In this document: positions 1-10,498 of the stretch, one piece after another
Layout: every line of letters starts with the position of its first letter
Numbering within the stretch: the first letter of the stretch is position 1
From: Candidatus Poribacteria bacterium
GTDB taxonomy: Bacteria; Poribacteria; WGA-4E; UBA9662
Assembly (NCBI GenBank): GCA_036339735.1
Contig: JAYZAL010000100.1
Coordinates: forward strand, 1-64,000
Direction: 5' to 3'
DNA length: 64,000 nucleotides
Notes under the pieces: model-generated
Told to the model about the DNA's origin: nothing
Databases searched by the model: none
Seen by the model: the letters and a program-made list of their open reading frames with translations, nothing else
Translations under genes and position numbers: made by a program

Positions 1-282
1 TTTATCTAGTTTTTTAAGTTCTCCGAAAATTTCTTGGACTGGTGCAACACCTCCGCCCGGAGAATCAATGCGTAAAACTAGAGCCTTAACACTTGAATTA
101 TCTCGATGCTGATGAATCTGTGAAATGATTTTCTCAGATTCGGTAATAGTTCCTTTAACCGTTACGATTGCTACTTTATCTCCTATCCTATCTCCACCCT
201 TGACAAAAAAACGACCGAATATGACTAAAAAGGCAACGACTAAGACAATGATAATTAGAGTAAGCTTGACGGGGCGATTCAT
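1..282 (-). CDS. sppA: Signal peptide peptidase SppA (S49), N-terminal part; runs off the window start
   Basis: Not in the ORF track. Manual translation from ATG at 282: MNRPVKLTLIIIVLVVAFLVIFGRFF...KVAIVTVKGTI...VKALVLRIDSPGGGVAPVQEI, an N-terminal TM helix plus the S49 LRIDSPGG motif. Confidence 0.88.
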   Translation of the reverse strand, partial: MNRPVKLTLIIIVLVVAFLVIFGRFFVKGGDRIGDKVAIVTVKGTITESEKIISQIHQHRDNSSVKALVLRIDSPGGGVAPVQEIFGELKKLDK

Positions 283-302
283 TGAGTAATTCCTGTTATT
301 AT

Positions 303-1181
303 TTAGAGTTGAGACTTCGCATATTTCCTAAACTCATCACCAAACTCGGCATCTGTCAACGAAAAACGAAAAAAAGCTTCAAAGTAACTTTTATAGTTAC
401 CGATATCGTATCGTTTTTCGTCTGAGCTCAGGCGAACACCAAAGCCACGCTTTCCTTGATGCAACATTAACCTAATTGAGTCAGTGATTTGGATTTCATT
501 ATTACGGCCAGGCTTGGTTTTTTTTATAAATTCAAAAATCTCTGGAGAGAAGACGTAACGAGCTGCGATTGCTAAATTACTGGGAGCTTCTTCGATACTT
601 GGTTTCTCTATTAAATCGGCAATTTCAAAAATTGTACTAATTTGATTTTTGGGTTTAGCAATACCGTATTTGACCACAGACTCAGGGTCTACTTCCTCGA
701 ATAGAATGCTAATATCAGCTTTTTCAGCTTGGTAGGTGTCAATTAATTTTTTCAGCATCTCACCTGTTGGATTAGACTCAATAATTGAATCACCCAAACA
801 GACTACAAATGGTTCTTCATTGACAAATGCTTCGGCTTTTCCAATGGCATCAGCTAAACCTTTTGGATCACCTTGTCGAACATAAAAAAATTCGATGTCT
901 TTTCCTATATCTTCAACCTCTTGTGTCGACTTTCCCGTCTGAGACAGTGAGTCCAGTAGATGTGGGTCATAATCGAAATGGTCTTCAATTGCTCGCTTTT
1001 GCTGATTGGTAATAATCAAGATTTGATTAATACCTGCAGCTCGTACTTCTTCTACCACGTACTGAATGACAGGACAACGCCCAACAGGTAACATCTCTTT
1101 AGGTTGTGACTTAGTTGCTGGCAGAAGGCGTGTTCCGATTCCGGCGGCCGGAATAACTGCTTTTCTTGGTAGAGCTTGCAT
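303..1181 (-). CDS. galU: UTP-glucose-1-phosphate uridylyltransferase
   Basis: KAVIPAAGIGTRLLPATKSQPKEMLP, VRQGDPKGLADA, LIEKP, EIQITD motifs. Confidence 0.92.
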   Translation of the reverse strand: MQALPRKAVIPAAGIGTRLLPATKSQPKEMLPVGRCPVIQYVVEEVRAAGINQILIITNQQKRAIEDHFDYDPHLLDSLSQTGKSTQEVEDIGKDIEFFYVRQGDPKGLADAIGKAEAFVNEEPFVVCLGDSIIESNPTGEMLKKLIDTYQAEKADISILFEEVDPESVVKYGIAKPKNQISTIFEIADLIEKPSIEEAPSNLAIAARYVFSPEIFEFIKKTKPGRNNEIQITDSIRLMLHQGKRGFGVRLSSDEKRYDIGNYKSYFEAFFRFSLTDAEFGDEFRKYAKSQL

Positions 1182-1197
1182 AATATATGTAACCTTT

Positions 1198-1821
1198 TTA
1201 ATATTTTAATCGGATTAAAAGACCAAAAACTGTTTTAAATAGCCACCAAATGTCGGTAATAATAGTTCTTTCCTGAATGTATTTTAGGTCGATAGCAATT
1301 TTTTGTGGCATGATCTGATCTAAGTAGAATGCTTCGGGGTTTGTCTGGTCTCTGAGCATTTGTTCTTCGTCACGATGAGCAAACTGTGCGGGACCGGTGA
1401 TTCCCGGCCGAACTGATAATACTTTTTTTTGACAGTCCGTATAATGACAGACATAGTCCGGTGCTTCTGGTCGAGGACCAATTATACTCATTTCTCCCCT
1501 CAAAACATTAATCAGTTGTGGCAGCTCGTCTAGTTTCCAGCGTCTGAGTAGGCGACCGATAGGCGTAATACGTGGGTCCTGATGAGCAGTAAGTGCAATA
1601 CCAATGGAATCGGCATTGACAACCATTGTCCGAAATTTATACATATTAAAAATAGTTGCGTCTTGACCAACACGTCTAGCTTTATAAAATATGGGACCAG
1701 TCGATAATAACTTGGTAACAGTCACACAGAAAAAAAATAGTGGGGCTAGAAAGATTAAGCCACAGATAGCGACTGTCAGATCAAAAATTCGTCTCAGTAC
1801 CGGATCGAGTATGCGTGACAT
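1198..1821 (-). CDS. Bacterial sugar transferase (priming phosphoglycosyltransferase)
   Basis: RRIFD, FNMYKFRTM, DPRITPIGRLLRRWKLDELPQLINVLRGEMSIIGPRPE, RPGITG. Start ATG 1821 preferred (ORF track 1860). Confidence 0.9.
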   Translation of the reverse strand: MSRILDPVLRRIFDLTVAICGLIFLAPLFFFCVTVTKLLSTGPIFYKARRVGQDATIFNMYKFRTMVVNADSIGIALTAHQDPRITPIGRLLRRWKLDELPQLINVLRGEMSIIGPRPEAPDYVCHYTDCQKKVLSVRPGITGPAQFAHRDEEQMLRDQTNPEAFYLDQIMPQKIAIDLKYIQERTIITDIWWLFKTVFGLLIRLKY

Positions 1822-3796
1822 CCAAACTTTCGCTGGTGTGGTGAGTAAGATGAATAACATCAGTATCTGCCGTAATTACTTCACTAGATTCATGCGAAGT
1901 CGTAGTTTTGATAAAACCACGGTTAGGTTGGTAAGTTGGAACTATCTCTTGCAGTTTCTGAATGATTGTTTCGTTATCTAGATGGACTGCTAGTTGGCGT
2001 AATTCTGTCACTTGTGCTAATAATCCATGTAGGTCAATAGTTTCGGGCTGTGCTACGAAGATTCTCTGGTGTTTCGTAGCTGTAACGCCCTCTTCGGCGG
2101 TTAGAAGTTCCTCGTATAGTTTTTCGCCTGGAGCTAAACCTGTGAACTCAATTTTAATGTCACGATCGACTTCTAAGCCTGAGAGATGAATCAAATCACA
2201 AACTAAATCCAGAATCTTGATGGGTTCCCCCATATCTAGGATAAAAACCTCACCCCCATTTCCCATCGCACCAGCTTGAATCAACAACTATACAGATTCG
2301 GGAATCGTCATAAAATAACGGGTTACTTCGCGGTGTGTAACTGTTACGGGACCACCTTTAGCTATTTGCTGACGGAAACGCGGCAAAGCACTACCTCTAC
2401 TATCAAATACATTGCCAAAACGAACAGCAACAAATTTAGTATAACTTCCTTGTGCTTTAGCCTGAATCAGTTTTTCTGTTACTCGTTTAGATGCTCCCAT
2501 CACACTAGTCGGGTTAACAGCTTTATCTGAGGAGACTAAGATAAAGGATTCAACCTGGTGGTGAATAGCGGCATCCACTAAGTTTTTGGTACCCAAAATA
2601 TTATTTTTGACCGCTTCATCTGGGTGCAGTTCCATAAAGGTGACATGCTTGTGAGCTGCTGCATGGAATATGATTTGTGGCCGATACTTTTCAATAATAC
2701 GAAACACTTTGGAATGATCTCGAATATCGCCAATTACTGTTTCACAACTTATACTACTATCATTTCCGTAGAAACTGGTTAACTCATTCTGGATGTGGTA
2801 GAGGCTATTTTCACCGCGACCGAAGAGCAACAGTTGTCCGGGCTGAAATTGGGCGATTTGTCTGCACAATTCCGACCCAATAGATCCCCCGGCTCCAGTA
2901 ACCATTACTCGTTTACCCGATAGATATTGTGAGACCTCGGAAAGAAGGTCAATTTCAACAGTGGGCCGATTTAATAGATCTTCAACTTGTACTTCGCGAA
3001 TTTGGTTAATACTGATGTGATCAGCCAAAATGGCATCGATACTTGGAACGACCTTGAAACTACAATTTTTGTTCTGACAGAGGCGTATGATTTCTCTGAC
3101 TCGACTTTGTTGATCAGATGACATGGCGATCACAACCTCATCTACCCGAAATTTGCGCATCACATAGGTCAGTTCCTCTGTGGTACCCAGTATTTCGAGA
3201 CCATGTATTCGTTGCCCTACTTTTTGAGCGTCATCAGCGATAAATCCAACCGTCAGGTAACCGTTATCTGATTCTTTTTTAAGTTGACGAAGTACACCAA
3301 CCCCAAGTTCACCAGTACCAATTATTAGTAATCTGGTTTGTGAACGGAGTCTCTTTTGTTGCCCCCACCATCCATTTTTTGCAGATGTAGTATATCTGGC
3401 ACTAACCAGTAGGATAAAACACAATACACCACTTATAGTAGCAATCATAAAAGCATTAGAAGGTGGACTAAGCATTCGCCATGTCAGAAGACCAACACCA
3501 ATTGAACCCACAATACAACTATATGCTAGCCACATAACCTCTCGGATACCAGCATAAGGCCATATTGTGTTATATAGCTTAAATGTCATTAAGGCAACAA
3601 CATAAGTCCCACCCATTAAAACTGAGATGAACAGGATATCTAACAAGGGACTAAAAAGGTTAAGACTAAGACTGAAACTATTATTCAGTTCCTGTGAGAT
3701 ACTTATGGACAGGCTAATCGAAATAGCTATCCCGACGGAAATGGTGGCAATAAGAAGATCGAGTAGAACAGAAAAAAGATGTTTCTTTTGTGCCAT
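1781..3796 (-). pseudogene. CapD/PglF/WbpM-type nucleoside-diphosphate sugar 4,6-dehydratase interrupted by a single in-frame TAG at 2288-2290
   Basis: ORFs 2288..3796 and 1781..2287 share a frame and join as RYFMTIPESV*LLIQAGAMG...GEVFILDMGEP...GEKLYEEL. N-terminal TM helices, TGAGGSIGSEL, HAAAHKHV, SSDKAVNPTSVMGASKR, VRFGNV all present. Confidence 0.85.
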
Positions 3797-3807
3797 TTAG
3801 TGTTTTT

Positions 3808-5004
3808 TTACCCTATATAGGCCGAATGAGTTTGTTGGTAAACATTTTCTAATTGTTGGCCAAGAACATGCCAGTTGTATTTATGACGGACAAGATTTTG
3901 ACCTGACTTACCGATTCTCCTTCTCATATGCGAATTTTGGATTAACTGGATGGTACGATTGGCAAAATCTTTAGGAGTTTCAGCAACGCAAAGGTGTTCT
4001 CCCCAAGTTCCTTCTAGTCCACTAGCACCCAGAGGCGTTGTTACAATTGGTAACCCAGTTGCCATTGCTTCCAAGTGTTTGACTTGCAACCCCGAACCAG
4101 AACGCATAGGAGAAACGAAGACTGAAGATTGGTTAAAATAAGGGCGAGTATCAGGAACGGTTCCAGTAACCGTCACGCTAGGGCTGGCTAATTTTTGAAC
4201 AATCTTTTTCGGATTACTTCCTACGATTGAAAAGTGAACCGAAGGTATCTTTTCCTGAATCAAGGGCAAAATTTGATGGCAAAAATAGCAAGCAGCATCG
4301 ATATTTGGAAAGTAACTCATTGTTCCAGTAAACAGTAAGTGAGGGACCGATTCGTCTTCCACTGGTTCGGATTGAATAAAGTAATCGAGGTCAATACCAA
4401 CAGGTATAACGGCTAATTTTAAATTTGAGTCCTCTGATATAAGATAATTACGGTCAGATTGAGCAACAACCATACCATAGTCAAATGAGCGCATCATTTC
4501 AACCTCGTACTTCTTAACACGATCGGCTTCCCACTTTAGCATTGGCACGTGGGGGCCTCGGTCCATCTGGTATCTGCGACTTAGATTCAAAGCCAAAGAG
4601 TCACAAAGATCTAGCACCTTAGATTTTCCGTTATACTTACTAACATATTGTCCCATTCGAAATAGGTGGGCGTGGATGAGATCAAATTGGTTTCTATCTA
4701 AAAGCTCATCGACTTTTTTCTGCATTTTCAAAGACCTCCAGTAATGTACCTGGAATGGTTCTGTCGAAAAAAAACCCGAGGCCGAATTAACAAGTGCCCT
4801 CGTCCGGTTGAATAAAACGAATTCGACTTGATGGCATAACTGATTTAAAGGCTTGGCCATTTCAATTTCGTCAATCGACTCAACGAATGAAACTAATGTA
4901 ACTCGATGTTTTTTTGCTAAATGCTTAATAAAGTAATAATTTCGAATTCTGTCTCCTCGATTGGGTGGGTATGGACACCGCAAACTCAGAAACAATATAT
5001 TCAT
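3808..5004 (-). CDS. Family 4 glycosyltransferase (TIGR03087/Stp1-like)
   Basis: N-terminal PYPPNRGDRIR, LLFTGTMSYFPNIDA, GSGLQVKHLEAMATGLPIV. Confidence 0.85.
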   Translation of the reverse strand: MNILFLSLRCPYPPNRGDRIRNYYFIKHLAKKHRVTLVSFVESIDEIEMAKPLNQLCHQVEFVLFNRTRALVNSASGFFSTEPFQVHYWRSLKMQKKVDELLDRNQFDLIHAHLFRMGQYVSKYNGKSKVLDLCDSLALNLSRRYQMDRGPHVPMLKWEADRVKKYEVEMMRSFDYGMVVAQSDRNYLISEDSNLKLAVIPVGIDLDYFIQSEPVEDESVPHLLFTGTMSYFPNIDAACYFCHQILPLIQEKIPSVHFSIVGSNPKKIVQKLASPSVTVTGTVPDTRPYFNQSSVFVSPMRSGSGLQVKHLEAMATGLPIVTTPLGASGLEGTWGEHLCVAETPKDFANRTIQLIQNSHMRRRIGKSGQNLVRHKYNWHVLGQQLENVYQQTHSAYIG

Positions 5005-5057
5005 AGTAATTTCGAATCACCAACGACTTCTATTAATCGTGCACTCACCAGATATTT

Positions 5058-5357
5058 TCAAATCGCCTCAGGTTGACTAAACTGAAAGTCAATGGGAACG
5101 GGAATGCCCTGCTCAGGAATCATGTGGGGAATATTATTTCGAACCTGATAAATTATTTTTTCATCAATTGTGATCAACCCTTCTTCCAATTTCTGGTTAA
5201 TTACCTTTCCACCAACACTCTTAAATTCAATTGGTATACAAGAGGAAGCAGTAATGTGAGAGTTAACCTGTTCTAATTCGTTTACAGTCATTACTCGAAC
5301 CGTTTTTTTTGATACCGGACAACACAAAATTTTCATCAATTCGTCTTTGATTGGCAT
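5058..5357 (-). CDS. Trm112/YcaR-like small protein
   Basis: ELMKILCCPVSK...YQVRNNIPHMIPE pattern. Start ATG 5357 just after the secA stop is preferred (ORF track 5375). Confidence 0.75.
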   Translation of the reverse strand: MPIKDELMKILCCPVSKKTVRVMTVNELEQVNSHITASSCIPIEFKSVGGKVINQKLEEGLITIDEKIIYQVRNNIPHMIPEQGIPVPIDFQFSQPEAI

Positions 5358-5362
5358 ATAGC

Positions 5363-8017
5363 CTAACCGCAACACCTTTTATATTTTTTCCCACTACCAC
5401 ATGGACAAGGATCATTACGACCCACTTTGGGGAGTCGTTGTTGTTCCGAACCAGCACCAACTTGTGGTAAACGACCGACGCCAGCTACACCCGACCGCTT
5501 TGGCTTTTGCTGTGGTCTCGGCTGTTCACTAATACGTGCTTTGAATACATATTCACAAACATCATCTTTAATTCGCTCTTGCATGATATCGAAGACATCG
5601 AAGGCTTCATTCTTGAAAACTACTATTGGGTCCTTCCCACCATATCCTCGGAGATATATGCCTTCCTTGAGGTAGTCTATATTATAGAGGTGATCTTTCC
5701 AATAACTGTCGATTCGATCCAAGGTAATCAGTCGTTCTAACTCTCGAGCAACCTCGGTTGTCATCTCTGATTCTTTAGTTTGATAGACCTCGTCCAATAT
5801 GGAAACAATCTTTGGCTGAAGATCGTCAATCTGTTCTACATCAATTTGTTCTAGATGCTGTTCCGACAAAGCAAAAGTTCGCTGCAACCAATTCATGAAG
5901 CCATCCGGACTCGGCTCTTTAGCTTCTGGACCTTTTGATGGTATTAGATAATCATCAATCTGTGCGGATAATAAATTATCTAGCCAAACCCAAATCTGTT
6001 CTTTCAGGTTTTCACCAGACAAAATTTGATTTCTCAAGCCGTATATGGTCTCACGTTGAGTATCCATAACATCGTCGAATTTCAGTACATTTTTTCGGAA
6101 CTCGAAATTCCGATCTTCAACCCGCTTCTGTGCCTTACCAATAGCTTTGGTAATCCATGGATGCTCAATTGGCACTATTTCGTCTTGGTTGAGTTTTTCC
6201 ATCATTCCCTGCATTCGATCGTGTCCAAACTTACGCATGAGATCATCTTCAAGGGACAGATAAAATCTGGATGAACCGGGATCGCCTTGTCGACCTGAAC
6301 GGCCTCGCAACTGGTTATCGATCCGTCTAGACTCGTGTCTTTCAGTACCGATGATATGAAGACCACCGGAAGCCAAAACTTTTTGTTTGTTAGCTTCACA
6401 TTGCTGAATAGCCTCTTGATCTGCTAATTTCCACTCATCCGAATCATCTGAAACGTCAGTTTTATTGTTTCGGCGAAGAATGTCTTGGCGAAAGAGATCG
6501 GGATTACCTCCAAGCAAAATATCGACTCCACGGCCAGCCATATTGGTAGCAATAGTAACTGCTCCTGGAATTCCGGCTTGTGCAATGATTTCGGCTTCAC
6601 GGGCGTGTTCTTTAGCATTAAGAACTTGGTGAGGTATTTTCACCTTTCGGCTTTTCAGCATAGCACTCAGTTTTTCTGAGTTTTCTACCGTGACAGTACC
6701 CACCAATACCGGACGCCCTTTATCTCTCTTGGCGATAATATCACTAATAACTGCTTGGTACTTATGATCTTCAGAAAGATAAATCTGGTCAGCTAGATCC
6801 TGACGAATTATGGGTTTATTGGTTGGTACTACAATCACATCCAGATTATATATTTGGGCAAATTCATTTGCTTCAGTGGCCGCTGTACCGGTCATTCCAG
6901 CCAGTTTCTTATATTTCCGGAAATAATACTGATAAGAAATAGTGGCACCGGTCTGAGTCTCTTCGACAATTTTGACTCTTTCTTTAGCTTCGAGAGCCTG
7001 ATGCAATCCTTCACTATAGCGTTGACCGGGCTTTAGTCGACCGGTGAAAGAATCAATAATAACAACTTCACCATCCTTGATTACGTAATCTACGTCCCTC
7101 TTGTAGAGGGCTTCAGCAACCAAAGCTTGATTGACGTGATGTACCAAGTCCATGTTGTCCGGATTATACATATTGTCCAGACCGAATTGTTGTTGTACTG
7201 CATCAATCCCTGGGTCGGTCAGAGCCACGTGGCCTCTTTGTGTACCCTTCTCATCGACTTCGTAATCCAAGCCTGGCTTAAGCCGTTGAATGACCTGTCT
7301 TACTTTCCTGTAGAGTTGAACAGGCTCTCCTGAAGGCTCAGCAATAATTAACGGTGTTCGGGCCTCATCTACCAGGATACTATCAACTTCATCCAAGATG
7401 GCAAAGTTATGCGATCTTTGCACCTTTTCTTCTTCATGTTGGGCTTTATTATCCCAGAGGTAATCGAAACCAAATTCACTGTGTACACCGTAGGTTATAT
7501 CTGATTGGTATCCAGGCTTTTTGCTTGATCTGGGTAAATCGTGTAAAGTAAGCCCAACAGTTAAACCGTGAAAACGATAGATTTGTCCCATCCATTCAGC
7601 ATCCCTTCGTGCCAAGTAGTCATTGACAGTGGCAACATGTACCCCATCACCAGATAAAGCATTGAGATAGATAGGAAGTGTGGAGGTAAGAGTTTTTCCT
7701 TCACCCGTTTTCATTTCAGCAATTGTTCCACGGTGCAGAGCTACCCCACCAACCAATTGTACGTCGTAGTGCCTTTGCCCCAAAGTTCGCTGGGCGGTTT
7801 CTCTAACTACAGCGAAGGCTTCCGGTAGTATGTCGTCCAGTGTAGCTCCGTTGGCCAGTTGCTCACGAAACTCGGGTGTTTTGGCTTTTAATTGCTCATC
7901 GGTCAATTGATTAATCTTTGTTTCCAATCGGTTGATTTCATCCACCTGCGGTACAAATTGTTTGGCATCCCGATCTTCTTTTTTACCAAATACTTTGGTC
8001 AGAAAATTCTGTAGCAT
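5363..8017 (-). CDS. secA: Preprotein translocase subunit SecA
   Basis: EMKTGEGKT, DEVDSILVDEARTPLII, ATNMAGRG, GTERHESRRIDNQLRGRSGRQGDPG and C-terminal SEC-C GRNDPCPCGSGKKYKRCCG. Confidence 0.98.
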   Translation of the reverse strand: MLQNFLTKVFGKKEDRDAKQFVPQVDEINRLETKINQLTDEQLKAKTPEFREQLANGATLDDILPEAFAVVRETAQRTLGQRHYDVQLVGGVALHRGTIAEMKTGEGKTLTSTLPIYLNALSGDGVHVATVNDYLARRDAEWMGQIYRFHGLTVGLTLHDLPRSSKKPGYQSDITYGVHSEFGFDYLWDNKAQHEEEKVQRSHNFAILDEVDSILVDEARTPLIIAEPSGEPVQLYRKVRQVIQRLKPGLDYEVDEKGTQRGHVALTDPGIDAVQQQFGLDNMYNPDNMDLVHHVNQALVAEALYKRDVDYVIKDGEVVIIDSFTGRLKPGQRYSEGLHQALEAKERVKIVEETQTGATISYQYYFRKYKKLAGMTGTAATEANEFAQIYNLDVIVVPTNKPIIRQDLADQIYLSEDHKYQAVISDIIAKRDKGRPVLVGTVTVENSEKLSAMLKSRKVKIPHQVLNAKEHAREAEIIAQAGIPGAVTIATNMAGRGVDILLGGNPDLFRQDILRRNNKTDVSDDSDEWKLADQEAIQQCEANKQKVLASGGLHIIGTERHESRRIDNQLRGRSGRQGDPGSSRFYLSLEDDLMRKFGHDRMQGMMEKLNQDEIVPIEHPWITKAIGKAQKRVEDRNFEFRKNVLKFDDVMDTQRETIYGLRNQILSGENLKEQIWVWLDNLLSAQIDDYLIPSKGPEAKEPSPDGFMNWLQRTFALSEQHLEQIDVEQIDDLQPKIVSILDEVYQTKESEMTTEVARELERLITLDRIDSYWKDHLYNIDYLKEGIYLRGYGGKDPIVVFKNEAFDVFDIMQERIKDDVCEYVFKARISEQPRPQQKPKRSGVAGVGRLPQVGAGSEQQRLPKVGRNDPCPCGSGKKYKRCCG

Positions 8018-8025
8018 TTCTCAGT

Positions 8026-9255
8026 TTACTCTTCTTCACTTTTGGTTGGTATTGAGCTAGTAATTGGTTGGTGGTGATCCTCAACGCCCTTATCGTTAGC
8101 TTCTTCCTGTTCTGATAGTCTATCACTAGCAGGCATCGCTTCGTCTGATAAATCATGATCTTGTGTCTCTACTGGTTGTTGCTCTTCTGTTTCTAGCATA
8201 TTTTCATCATGGATTTGGTATCGCAAGACTGTATAAATGATTGTGTTTCCTACTGAAGCTATCGAGAACAAGTAAGAGATAACCAACCCCAAAATGAACA
8301 TCGCAGTTAAACCCATCAAGGTGCCGGCAACTCGCAGCGGAAGCGATTCGATATCACTGGTTTCGAAGACATACTCCCAATTGGCATTTAGACCAAGATT
8401 AGCAATGATAGAAACTAGCCCCCCACTTATTACATCCGCTTGCCCCATAACCTGGGCCATATCTACAGGAAGTAAAAGGCGAATAGGTAGCAAAATGATA
8501 GTTGACCCAACTAGACAAAACCCCGCCCAGATTGGAACACTAATGACTTTAACCAACAACAATAAATCGCTATACAAGATCAAATGCCATGGACGATTCC
8601 AAATCATCGAATACAGTTGATAGATCGTTTCAAAACTATCGGAATCGGCAACAGCTACTACAGAAGGGGCAAATAAAAGGCTAGCAAATAAAGCTAAAAT
8701 TTGATAAATGGCTAGCAGTCCGACGACAAAGGCGATTGGTAATAGGAATGAAGAAAACATGGTTGTATATTGGCCGATGAAGGGGACTCGGCCTAGTAAA
8801 CCAATGAGTACTGGAGGAGCCAGCATCACTAGAAAAATTACCAAAATGCCAATCATGGTACCGAAGACAGACAGCCAGCGTTTTTCAACAAAGGACTTAG
8901 CCTCACCGATACTATAAAACGGGTTATTCTTCAGCTGCTCCAAAGTGATTTTGGATACCATTGTACTGGTTACAAAGAAACAGATGAACAGAACTAGCAC
9001 ACTCAGGCTAATCGCAAACTGAGTTATGCTCGGCAAGTCTCCCATTTCTGATGGAAATACAGGCCTTAACCCGTAACTGGACCAAAAGCCACTAACCAGA
9101 TCCACGTCGACTACTAACAAGCTAAGATAAACCAAGATTTCGTGTGCCAAATAAGCGATCAATAGACCAATAAAATGGTTGGATATTTTCTTAAGGCTAA
9201 AAGCATATCGTGCCGACCGAAAAACATCGAAGAACCTAAACCTCAAAGCTTCCAT
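8026..9255 (-). CDS. Multi-pass integral membrane protein of unknown function with an acidic C-terminal tail
   Basis: Several long hydrophobic segments; ends 8 nt before the secA start. Confidence 0.75.
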   Translation of the reverse strand: MEALRFRFFDVFRSARYAFSLKKISNHFIGLLIAYLAHEILVYLSLLVVDVDLVSGFWSSYGLRPVFPSEMGDLPSITQFAISLSVLVLFICFFVTSTMVSKITLEQLKNNPFYSIGEAKSFVEKRWLSVFGTMIGILVIFLVMLAPPVLIGLLGRVPFIGQYTTMFSSFLLPIAFVVGLLAIYQILALFASLLFAPSVVAVADSDSFETIYQLYSMIWNRPWHLILYSDLLLLVKVISVPIWAGFCLVGSTIILLPIRLLLPVDMAQVMGQADVISGGLVSIIANLGLNANWEYVFETSDIESLPLRVAGTLMGLTAMFILGLVISYLFSIASVGNTIIYTVLRYQIHDENMLETEEQQPVETQDHDLSDEAMPASDRLSEQEEANDKGVEDHHQPITSSIPTKSEEE

Positions 9256-9370
9256 TTTTGTACCCCAATTTCAAATCTTATGTGATTGAACAAAACCGGC
9301 CACAAAGCGAAGATATGATACATTAATCCAGTGGTACAGTGCAACAAGCACTTTGTCCGGTGTACTGTGA

Positions 9371-9400
9371 TTGACACCTTTTTGACCAGTATGCTATCCT
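9371..9400 (+). promoter_or_regulatory. Putative sigma70 promoter for the nfo operon
   Basis: TTGACA (9371-9376), 18 nt, TATCCT (9395-9400) preceded by TGn (extended -10). Confidence 0.45.
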
Positions 9401-9434
9401 TGCTCTACCTGAGATCGAGTAGGGGAATAAGAGA

Positions 9435-10286
9435 TTGTTAGGAGCACATGTTTCAGTTGCTGGCGGTTTGCATAAGGCTTTTTCTAACGGTCACAAACTT
9501 GGCTGCGACGCGATCCAGATTTTCGTTACAAACCCAAACCGATGGTCAGGCTCCGCACTTAGCTCAGAGCAGGTTGAATCATTTCGTAAAATTCACAAGC
9601 AAACTAATATCCAACAAGTAATTGTTCACGACATTCATTTGACCAACTTAGCTTCACCGAAAGCTGAAACACGAGACAAATCGATCCAAGCCTTTGCCTG
9701 GCAACTAGGTTTGGTTGAGCAATTAGGATTGGAGTACTTTGTTACCCACCTAGGTTCCCATTTAGGTGCAGGTGAACCAGAGGGGCTAGGAGTTTTGAGC
9801 CAAAGTTTGAACCAAATATTAGATGAGAGCCGATCGGCAACAGTGCTACTGGAGACTACAGCCGGCCAAGGCCGTAATCTGGGTTATCGGTTTGAACACT
9901 TGCAACAAATCATCAGTCAGTCGAGTCAACCTGATCGTCTGGGCGTATGTTTCGACACCTGTCACGTCTTTGCTGCAGGTTATGATCTTCGAACCGAAGA
10001 AGATTATTATCGGACATTTAATCAGTTCGACCAAATCGTCGGGCTCAGCCAAATCAAAGCCTTCCATTTGAACGATGCTAAATCCGGATTTGGCAGCCGT
10101 GTTGACCGGCATGATCATATTGGTCAGGGTAATATTGGACTAACAGCCTTTGAACTGCTGGTCAATGATCCGAGATTTCAAGGGCGGCCGATGATAATTG
10201 AAACTCCAGAGATGAACAAAATGCACGATCGGAACCTCAAAACGCTACGCCAACTACGATCACCAATGGCACTGGATGAGTCTTAG
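9435..10286 (+). CDS. nfo: Endonuclease IV (AP endonuclease)
   Basis: LGAHVSVAGG, LLETTAGQG, CFDTCHVFAAGY, HLND, DRHDHIGQG, IIETP; TTG start after AGGGGAA. Confidence 0.95.
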   Translation: MLGAHVSVAGGLHKAFSNGHKLGCDAIQIFVTNPNRWSGSALSSEQVESFRKIHKQTNIQQVIVHDIHLTNLASPKAETRDKSIQAFAWQLGLVEQLGLEYFVTHLGSHLGAGEPEGLGVLSQSLNQILDESRSATVLLETTAGQGRNLGYRFEHLQQIISQSSQPDRLGVCFDTCHVFAAGYDLRTEEDYYRTFNQFDQIVGLSQIKAFHLNDAKSGFGSRVDRHDHIGQGNIGLTAFELLVNDPRFQGRPMIIETPEMNKMHDRNLKTLRQLRSPMALDES

Positions 10287-10312
10287 ACTGACTAAGAGAG
10301 AAGGTTATTTAC

Positions 10313-10495
10313 ATGCTTGGGCTAGGCGAAATCTTTGTAATCTTTCTGCTTTTCTTTGCTGTCATTCTGGTGGCCAGATACCAAGCCAAACGGATTTGTC
10401 CTGATTGTGGTTTGGTCGTACGTGGATCAGTTTCCTCTTGCCCCGACTGCCAGCGGGCTTTTCATAGCCGAAGTAGTTCAAACCAAAAGGGTTAG
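10313..10495 (+). CDS. Small single-TM protein with a CPDC-x10-CPDC zinc ribbon
   Basis: Fills the gap between nfo and the MBL gene; AAGGT RBS-like site; hydrophobic N-terminus; two CPDC motifs. Confidence 0.7.
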   Translation: MLGLGEIFVIFLLFFAVILVARYQAKRICPDCGLVVRGSVSSCPDCQRAFHSRSSSNQKG

Positions 10496-10498
10496 CCA

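Noticed and set aside
2288-2290. Genome-wide TAG reassignment or pyrrolysine
   Set aside because: TAG ends secA exactly at its canonical C-terminus and also ends nfo, the LysM gene and the M42 gene; no other interrupted gene or pyl gene is seen.
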